From positions 21,711-85,710 of the IMG/VR virus record IMGVR_UViG_3300044627_003499: a stretch of DNA of 64,000 bases; one strand, 5' to 3'. The stretch's first letter is position 1, and every line of letters begins with the position of its first letter. The DNA is from a virus. The position numbers and the translations under genes were made by a program. The notes below the pieces were generated by a model that worked only from the letters and a program-made list of their open reading frames with translations, was not told where the DNA came from and did no database searches. Shown piece by piece: positions 56,727 to 64,000 of this stretch.

Positions 56727-57833
56727 GTGACCCAAACACCGCTTGACATGATGAGTGAAGAATGGATGGATAACATCCAGGCTGAAGCTCAAACCGAACC
56801 ACCTTCTCTAAAAACTCTCAACAAAATGACTGTGAAAAAAACTTCTGCTCTTGCTACACGCGGTCTGGAATCTTTCAAGATGTTCCAGTCCAAAGAATTT
56901 GTATCGGGTTACCAGAACCTGGTCACTATCCAACCACTGAACAAGTCCAAGACTCGTGGTTGGTTTGTGCGTAAGTCTGATCTGGATACCTGCGGTTGGA
57001 CCGCAACTGAAGATCAGTTTGCCAAGGGTTCAGTTATTTGGAACTACAAGCAAACTTTTGGTATGGCTCCCAACACTTCAATTGAAGAAGGGTTGAATTT
57101 TGTTGAGCCTCGCCTTCAAGTGCTGTTGCGTTCTCCCCTGATGGTTGAAGAAACCTCTGGAATGCGCCAAGTGATTGGTTCGTTTGACAATCCGAATGTC
57201 AAAGAATTGTTTGAGGCTGACAAGATTGCATCCGATCTTGCCAACAGCAAAGGTGAAATGTACAAGCGCAAGTACAGCGTGCGTACCAAATACCTGGTGT
57301 ATGTACTGACCCAGGACAACAAGCGTGCCCATAAGATTCCTATGGTGCTGACGTTGAAAGGCCTGAATGGTACAGACGTTTCTGAAAAGATTCGTCTGTA
57401 TGAAAAGGAAATGTCCAAGTGCCTGAGCAAAGCACTGGACTCTGAAGTGCCCCTGGCATTCAATGAAAAGTTCTATGCCACTACGGTGTTCTGCCCTGTG
57501 CTGGCAAATGAAATGCGCGGTGCCAACAACGTTGAGATCTGCGCCATTGAATCCTTTGACATCCCTGATTACAGCTCCCAGGAAGATGCAGTCGAATCTT
57601 TGAATCGTCTGTCAATTCCTGATGAAGATCGGGAGTCAACCTGGAAGTATCAAGAGATGTTTCAGGACTACATCAACGTCCATGCCAAGCAGGACTCAGA
57701 CAAACTCGGTGGTGCCTATGGCATCAAGGAAGGTGTTGAGATTTTGCCTGTGTCCCGCACCATGGATCCAGTGGATGTCAAAGCTCTACCTTCTCGCGAT
57801 GAAATCACTGGTGAGGACAGCAGCCTTAGCTGA
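56727..57833 (+). CDS. cyanobacterial/cyanophage conserved protein (DUF5895-like), possible recombination/ssDNA protein
   Basis: PRLQVLLRSPL...YLVYVL..DNK..H.IP.VLTLKG pattern; lies in the replication cluster; may start at 56826. Confidence 0.5.
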   Translation: MTQTPLDMMSEEWMDNIQAEAQTEPPSLKTLNKMTVKKTSALATRGLESFKMFQSKEFVSGYQNLVTIQPLNKSKTRGWFVRKSDLDTCGWTATEDQFAKGSVIWNYKQTFGMAPNTSIEEGLNFVEPRLQVLLRSPLMVEETSGMRQVIGSFDNPNVKELFEADKIASDLANSKGEMYKRKYSVRTKYLVYVLTQDNKRAHKIPMVLTLKGLNGTDVSEKIRLYEKEMSKCLSKALDSEVPLAFNEKFYATTVFCPVLANEMRGANNVEICAIESFDIPDYSSQEDAVESLNRLSIPDEDRESTWKYQEMFQDYINVHAKQDSDKLGGAYGIKEGVEILPVSRTMDPVDVKALPSRDEITGEDSSLS

Positions 57834-58053
57834 TGGAATCAGTGGTGTCCTTGATCTTGCTTGAGTAATTCTCCTGCATTAGATCAAGGGCATCATTAAC
57901 TAAACCTTTGATAGCTATCTGCCGTGTTGTTGCAATCTTAGTTAACAGCACGGCAATTTCTTTTAACTCACTAAGTGATGTGCATTCATTTATTGTTCTA
58001 AACATTTTTTCTTGCCAAAACAAATCTTCTGCAGATGATTCGAATTTCAACAT
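57826..58053 (-). CDS. second, divergent NblA-like two-helix protein
   Basis: SAEDLFWQEKMFRTINECTSLSELKEIAVLLTKIATTRQIAIKGLV fits the phage NblA-like pattern; lone minus-strand gene. Confidence 0.4.
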   Translation of the reverse strand: MLKFESSAEDLFWQEKMFRTINECTSLSELKEIAVLLTKIATTRQIAIKGLVNDALDLMQENYSSKIKDTTDSIS

Positions 58054-58134
58054 GCGATTAAATCGTTTAGTTTTATTTTAACCATGTTATTTAAACTTAT
58101 TTGAAACCAATGGATTGTATTAAGGATTACCGCC

Positions 58135-58332
58135 ATGAAGCCTGAACACAAAGCTGTTCTAAAAGTCGGAGGTTCTTTTGGTCTACTTGGCGCAGTTTAT
58201 CTTGCTTTTGCGGGCACTCCTGTGTCATGGGCTGTCCTTGCTTACGGAACGTACCGTGTATCGCGGGCAGCGTACCAGGATGCCAAAGGCCGTGCTACCA
58301 TCCGGGAAGACGACAGCTGCTGGCACGTCTGA
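58135..58332 (+). CDS. small membrane protein
   Basis: Hydrophobic hairpin. Confidence 0.5.
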   Translation: MKPEHKAVLKVGGSFGLLGAVYLAFAGTPVSWAVLAYGTYRVSRAAYQDAKGRATIREDDSCWHV

Positions 58333-58356
58333 TCTAACTCAACCCTCAACTCAATC

Positions 58357-59304
58357 ATGACTACTCAAACTGTTCTTGAACTCAACGCTGCACAAGCCAG
58401 CATCTACACTCGTACTAACATTCGTCGTGCGTACCAGGATTTTGATGACTCCGAGATTGCTGGCATTGGTGTGCGAGGCGACAATTGTATTGTTGTGCGT
58501 CGCGATGGTAGTGAGCAGACTTATGACAGGCAGTTGATTAAGACTGCGTTTAACTCCTATACTCACCGTTTAAAAGATTTCTTCTCGTACCTTGGCCCTC
58601 ATTACCGTGGCCCTAGTGTATGGCGTAACAATGCTTACGTATTGTTTAAAGGATGGACCTACACTCATGCCCTTGGACACACAACATCCCATGCAAAACT
58701 CCAAGCCCACTGGGCAGACAAATTTATACACCTATCCGACCCCGTCAAACTCACCACGCTTCTCCAGTCGGACCAAACGGATCTGGGACATCTGGTTGCG
58801 CCGGATGGGATTTGGAATCCGTCTGGGCCAATTGACATGGAGTCTGACCTGGAGGAAAACGCCTCAAGCGTTCCGTCCAGCACTCGTGAACCTTACTGCT
58901 CATGTGGGTCCTTTCAGCGTCAACTTCTTAATGTTTCATTATTCCAGGAGGAAATACAGGGATTCAAACCCTGGTGCATTCATTTGACTTGGTTCCAGAA
59001 ATATAGGGAACTGCTTTGCAAACGTACTGAGATTCGTAATGCTGCACATAGTGGTGTGTCTGACAAGTGCGTGGCTTGGTGGTACGCACCTCCTGTTGAC
59101 TCCAACAGTGACGGACGTTTCGTATTGCTTCACACCAAGTCAGGTGCGCAAGCACCGCTTAGCCATTGGCGTACTTACAAACCACAGGAGGTCCTGACAC
59201 AGAACGATGCATGGGACCTGTTCTTCAATATGATGGAGGCGGGCTACATTCCATTCCCTGGAACCTCACTACCACAACTCAAGGAGGCCGTCAAGAAATC
59301 ATGA
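58357..59304 (+). CDS. SWIM zinc-finger protein
   Basis: YCSCGSF...WCIHL. Confidence 0.65.
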   Translation: MTTQTVLELNAAQASIYTRTNIRRAYQDFDDSEIAGIGVRGDNCIVVRRDGSEQTYDRQLIKTAFNSYTHRLKDFFSYLGPHYRGPSVWRNNAYVLFKGWTYTHALGHTTSHAKLQAHWADKFIHLSDPVKLTTLLQSDQTDLGHLVAPDGIWNPSGPIDMESDLEENASSVPSSTREPYCSCGSFQRQLLNVSLFQEEIQGFKPWCIHLTWFQKYRELLCKRTEIRNAAHSGVSDKCVAWWYAPPVDSNSDGRFVLLHTKSGAQAPLSHWRTYKPQEVLTQNDAWDLFFNMMEAGYIPFPGTSLPQLKEAVKKS

Positions 59305-59990
59305 ACTGGGTCAACAACCTACAAATTGAATACGTAGAAGAGCCTGATGGTTCCGGTACAATTGTTATTGAGTGGGATGAGAACGACTGCTCACTGGAAC
59401 AATGGATGTCATGGGGTGAAGAAAAACAAAAACAATTTATTCTTGATGCGCTTACTTTTGCTGTATCTGACGCACTAAACAACAATGAAACTTGATTCAT
59501 GCGGGTTACCAGAAGATCAATTCATTGAGATCTTTCAGAAGAAAGCCCAGTTCTTAGGCAAACTATTAACAACATTTCATCCAGGGACGCAGACCATCAT
59601 GGATGAGAAGATTGCCTGGGAGATGTTCCAGGAATGTGTCTATGCCGCTGAAGCAGAGGCACGGGACATTGTTGATCCTGAAGGCAAAGATGATCCTTAT
59701 GGTCCCAAGATGTTTATCTCCCGTGAGGATATGATGCTTGAGATTAAGTCTGTCAATGCCAAGGTTGAGTCATTAACTGATTACATTTCTATTCTGCTTA
59801 AAGCAGAGAAATGACGATGCGTCCTGGTCATGACGTTAAACTGACCTTAACCAAATCCATCAATCAACTCATGTTTGAATCCATCCTTGGCATTGTTCTT
59901 CCCGTCATTAAAGATTTGTTGTGGGCAGCGGCAAGCATGGCGCTGATTTATTTAATCAACAAGATTCAATCCAACTTCCAACACATTTGA
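59301..59990 (+). CDS. three small hypothetical proteins (59301-59495, 59485-59814, 59871-59990)
   Basis: Co-oriented ORFs. Confidence 0.55.
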
Positions 59991-59993
59991 ATT

Positions 59994-60695
59994 ATGACTC
60001 AAATCACATCAACTAAACTCAACGAGCTTAGTGTCATCAAACTTTACGAGCACTACAATGCTCTTGAAAAATCACTGCCTTTACTTACTCCTGAGTCCCA
60101 GGACTTGGCAAAAGCAGAGCTTGAGAGTTGCGCCAACCTACGGTCTGAAAAAATTGATCGTATCTATTACGCCATGGCGGCGCATGACGACGCCTTGGAA
60201 CGCATCAAGAAAGAAACTGAACTCATTACGCAAGCCAAGCGTCACCACGAATCCCAATTGCGGTCCCTCAAGGGGTTGTTAAACTGGCTGAAGCGGTCAC
60301 TGCCATTTGATACCAACAAAATCACTGGCCGCAACTATCAGTTTACACTTGTAAAGAAGAGGGAGTTAACGGTTGAAGTCTCGTCGGATCCAGACGTTTG
60401 GAGTTCTGAACACAGGCAGCTCTACTGCGTTGAAGAACAAGTCACCACAACTAAAGAAATTGTGCTACGTTCAATGTCAGGAGAAGTTCTTTCCACAAGA
60501 ACAGAACCTGTCACCAAAACTAAAGTACTCCCAAACCTCGATGCCATCCGCGACGCCTACCAAGCCGGACAACTTTTACCAAGTGGGGTCAAGGTCTGTC
60601 AAGAGTACAGCATCCGTTCTAAGCGAATCTATGTCGAGCCCCACGTGGAACTACAAGCATCCGAGTATCCAGGACAATTTCTACCTGAAGATTGA
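59994..60695 (+). CDS. Siphovirus Gp157-like (Gam-like) protein
   Basis: EKIDRI...IKKE...L...K...SLK..L coiled coil; PNLDAIRDA...G..LP.GV tail. Confidence 0.75.
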   Translation: MTQITSTKLNELSVIKLYEHYNALEKSLPLLTPESQDLAKAELESCANLRSEKIDRIYYAMAAHDDALERIKKETELITQAKRHHESQLRSLKGLLNWLKRSLPFDTNKITGRNYQFTLVKKRELTVEVSSDPDVWSSEHRQLYCVEEQVTTTKEIVLRSMSGEVLSTRTEPVTKTKVLPNLDAIRDAYQAGQLLPSGVKVCQEYSIRSKRIYVEPHVELQASEYPGQFLPED

Positions 60696-62453
60696 AGCGC
60701 CATCCAATGTGGATGATGCCAAGATCAAAATGAACTGCCATCAACACGCAGTAAAAGACTTTGATCTTCAGCTAGAAATGAATGATCTTGAGATCGATAT
60801 GCTCAAAGATCAGGATCAGGTACTGCCGTACAACGAAACGCGTGCGGATGAATTAGATCAAAAGAAACTTAAGTTGCTCCTCGGTAAGAGGTTTCATCAA
60901 AATGCTATGAATGCTTATTGGTATTACTTGGCTAAGATGGGTAAATAACTTAAGGCTATACGGGGTGTTCCATGGGGGGAGATTCAGTTCTCAATAGTTT
61001 GATTGCTGGTTTTACTCAGGATGGGACACCTCTTTCTGCGTTGATTGGTTCCAAGCAGGAGTTTGGAGTTGTCATCCTTACTGCCGCCATGCTTGCAAAT
61101 GAAAACCTTGCAGGCCAAATGACGGCAGAAGAAATGGTAGATGGTGCTATCAATTACTACAACGTAATCCAAGAACGTCTTGGTTACTACCAGCAACATC
61201 AAGCCCATTCACTGGAACGACTCATGAATAACTGATATAGTGACTGGGTCCTTCCAGTTATTGATGGAACCAGTTACTGTGCCAAAACTAACGGTGTCAT
61301 TTGCAATTGACATTGAAGTGGAGTATGACTCTTTCGGTGGTAAAACGCCGCAGGATATTGCAATTGCGCTCCAGGATGAGATTGATGATCTCCTCTACGA
61401 AGCAAGCCCCACTGTGTCTTCTGTATTCACTTCTATTACCGCACTGGATTCCAATGACTGACGACCTCGCAATCAAACTTAAAACTGCTGGGGCTTTTGA
61501 TACGCCTTGGCTCAAAGAACAACTCCGCAACTGGAATGTTATTGCTGAGCAAAAGAAAGCGGACTTTACTGAGCACATGTATGAGTGCTCTGGACGCCAG
61601 CACCCACAGCATCCCATGCACGGCCTCTACACCGGTCTGTGGGAAGCCTTCTGCTTGAATGAGGCAGGTCCGTACTGCCGGGAAAAGTACTTCCAGATGG
61701 TGGAAGCAGTGCGTCAATACGAAGCTGGTTTGCTGCCAGCGGTTGCGCTTGACACAGAACCCATGGTAGTTATATCTTAAGCTTTATATTGAACACAGCT
61801 GTTTCAAAGCACATCACAATGCGGGTGTGCTTTTTCTTTTATGGACCATCCCCACGAACCCATCAATGCCATCAAAGAATGGCAAGAGTGGTACCGCACT
61901 CACGCCGTTGTCGCTTCCATGGATGAACCTTTAATGTCTAAAGACTCGCGTGAAAATTTGCACGACACCTCCAAGGCTACGTATGAGATGCCAGACTGGC
62001 GGTCGTTCTACAAAGAACTTGCCGAAGTTAATATTGAACCTGCCGAGGTAGATAACAACATTTATCTACAGAAAGCAATCGAACACTTCAGTGACACTCT
62101 TTGTGAATTTATGTATGAATTAACTGGTGAACAGTTCTACAAAGCATTTTTGATTGCAGCTACAAATGTAGCCAAGAGTGCACAAGATGATTACCTCAAA
62201 TGCAAAACATTAGTTGATCTTATTGAAGGCAATGAAAAAACAAAAGCGAGTTGATTATCCAGCTTGGATATGCCACACGTGTGGCGTAAAGTATGGCGCC
62301 TGGTACAAGAACGGAACTTATATTGGGCCGGAGAATTGTTCTACACACCACATGGGAACTTGTGGTGTGTGTAATGAAGCCAATGTAAGTGTCACTGAGC
62401 CACGAGACTACGGCCACTTACGTGCTGAGTGGAGGCAAGAAAAATCAAATTAA
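60631..62453 (+). CDS. cluster of hypothetical proteins (60631-60948, 60972-61235, 61264-61461, 61454-61780, 61841-62254, 62232-62453)
   Basis: Co-oriented ORFs; the last carries CxxC...CxxC. Confidence 0.55.
61806..61835 (+). terminator. possible intrinsic terminator
   Basis: AAAGCACA...TGTGCTTTTT. Confidence 0.5.
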
Positions 62454-62484
62454 AAATCAAACAGCACGTAACTTTAAACAATAA

Positions 62485-62784
62485 TTATGTTGCAAACACC
62501 CTTGCCGGCTGTTCAGGCGAGACGACGTAGGCGTCCCACCCTTCAGGCAGCTCACCGACGTAGTTGACGTGCCAGCCGTCAAGCAGTACAGGCGGGGTGA
62601 TCACCTTGCCGGTCTCGGGGTCGTAGGTGCCGCCTTTGTAGATGGGGCCGATCACATCCAGGGCGTGCGTGTGGCTGGCGGTGAGCATCACGGTGTCGCC
62701 GTCTTCATTGGTGGTGGTAAGGCCAGCAGCATCCAGCGCAGCCATGCCGGTGGATTCGTCGGGGAAGCGGATGTAGTGCGTCAT
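62485..62784 (-). CDS. tail fibre-associated small protein
   Basis: ALDVIGPI...LDGWHVNY...P.RVFA, coupled downstream of the fibre gene. Confidence 0.65.
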   Translation of the reverse strand: MTHYIRFPDESTGMAALDAAGLTTTNEDGDTVMLTASHTHALDVIGPIYKGGTYDPETGKVITPPVLLDGWHVNYVGELPEGWDAYVVSPEQPARVFAT

Positions 62785-64000
62785 TGCGTGATCGCCTGCA
62801 AAGTGCTGTTGGCAAGGCGTTGGGGCCAGAAGGTGATGCGTTTTATGGTGCCGTTGAAGTATGAGCTGGATACAGTTTCAAAACCAATCCGAGCCGTAGT
62901 TACCAAAGGCATGGATCCAGTAGCACTGGTTGCAACCGTTGATCCTGCAAGAACCACCCCAAAATCATTTGCCTTGAATGCTGCGGCAGTTTTTCCTGAT
63001 TGGCCGGGGGTGTAAGCATTTGTTGTAGTTGAAACTGATGAAACGCCACCGCTAACAACGTTCAGTCGGATTGTCTTTGCGCCTGGCAGCCTGTACTGCA
63101 AACCGATGTAGTTGTTATTTGTGCCGTCGTCAAAGTACGCGGGATTGGGCCAATGGCTTCCTGTGCTTGGATCACACTTCCACTCCGCAAACACCGTCCC
63201 CTCATCCTGCCGGTACCAGGAGCTGAAGTTTGCCCCCGTGATGCTGGCAACGTCCGCGTTGCGGGTGGCTGCGGCGGTGGTGGTGGGGATGTAGCTGGTG
63301 GCAAAGGCGCCGGCTTCTAGTTGGGCGCCCCAGAGGTGAACAGTAGTGCCGTAAGTGGCTGGACTAAATCTATAAGGATAGGGGCGAACAAGAACACAGC
63401 CAACTGGTGTCGTGAATGTATATGTTACCCTTCGCCATTCCGTTGTTACCGGCGTAATGCTAGGCGCAATGTCTGCTGCAATAAATGCCCCGTTTGTATC
63501 ATCTCTTACGGCAAACCTAAAATCAGCCGCTGCCATTGTTCCTAGCTTGACGTAAAAGCTCCATGTGTAAGCAGTGGAAGCTAGGCAGGCTACTGCTTGG
63601 AAGATTGCAGGGGTGCCAGATACAGTCGTAAAAGTATCTGCCGTAAGAGTTCCATTTGGAGCAATTTGTGCATTAGGAGTGACCGTAGCGATTGAAGGGG
63701 CTGGTGGATTCCAAGTCGCATTATCAAACTCCTCACTCCGCAGCAGCAGGTTCGTCCTCTGCTCCTCCACCAGCAGGCCCAGGCTTTCGCCGGTCGTGGG
63801 GTTGTGGTCGAAGCGCGGGGCCGAGTTGGTTGCGCTGGTGGTGGGGATGTATTCACCCACGGTGGAGGCTTGCTCTAGTTGGGCGCCCCAGAGGAAGATG
63901 GTGCCTGTGCCGTTACCTTGATAGAAGCTGGAGGAAGCGGTTGCTGTTCTGATTTGAACTGTATTGCTGGCAGTCGCCGTAGCTGTCGCTGTCGCTGAAC
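62781..64000 (-). CDS. tail fibre/receptor-binding protein, 3' part (open to window end)
   Basis: Frame open from 64000; PRFDHNP..GESLGLLVEEQRTNLL; duplicated WGAQLE...YIPTT carbohydrate-binding modules. Confidence 0.85.
   Translation of the reverse strand, partial: SATATATATASNTVQIRTATASSSFYQGNGTGTIFLWGAQLEQASTVGEYIPTTSATNSAPRFDHNPTTGESLGLLVEEQRTNLLLRSEEFDNATWNPPAPSIATVTPNAQIAPNGTLTADTFTTVSGTPAIFQAVACLASTAYTWSFYVKLGTMAAADFRFAVRDDTNGAFIAADIAPSITPVTTEWRRVTYTFTTPVGCVLVRPYPYRFSPATYGTTVHLWGAQLEAGAFATSYIPTTTAAATRNADVASITGANFSSWYRQDEGTVFAEWKCDPSTGSHWPNPAYFDDGTNNNYIGLQYRLPGAKTIRLNVVSGGVSSVSTTTNAYTPGQSGKTAAAFKANDFGVVLAGSTVATSATGSMPLVTTARIGFETVSSSYFNGTIKRITFWPQRLANSTLQAITQ

Overview
This window is part of a tailed dsDNA phage genome, very likely a lytic cyanophage of picocyanobacteria. 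The host inference rests on two NblA-like genes, tRNA-Leu(UAA) and cyanophage-type small gene families. Layout: (i) 1-9.3 kb is a mixed block with a truncated tail-fibre-like gene, HTH regulators, a Dam-like MTase, dcd, DUF3310, an NblA-like gene, a GH24 endolysin and a large virion protein. (ii) 9.4-34.2 kb is a minus-strand morphogenesis block with terminase, portal, scaffold, N4-gp56-like major capsid, SLT and M23 muralytic proteins and internal virion proteins. (iii) About 500 nt of non-coding DNA at 34.5-35.0 kb marks the strand switch. (iv) 35-62.4 kb is a plus-strand early/replication block with many small genes, a PcfJ-like gene, thyX, GP88, family A DNA polymerase, SSBs and Gp157. (v) A minus-strand tail fibre runs off the right end. 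The most unusual signals are: six covarying tRNA-mimic elements with shuffled downstream modules punctuating the first early genes; three further families of repeated structured intergenic RNAs; two paralogous HNH endonuclease cassettes that each replaced the 3' end of a target gene with a synonymously recoded copy; a circularly permuted M23 peptidase; and promoter-overlapping hairpins in front of late genes. All calls come from motif recognition by eye; no database searches were run.
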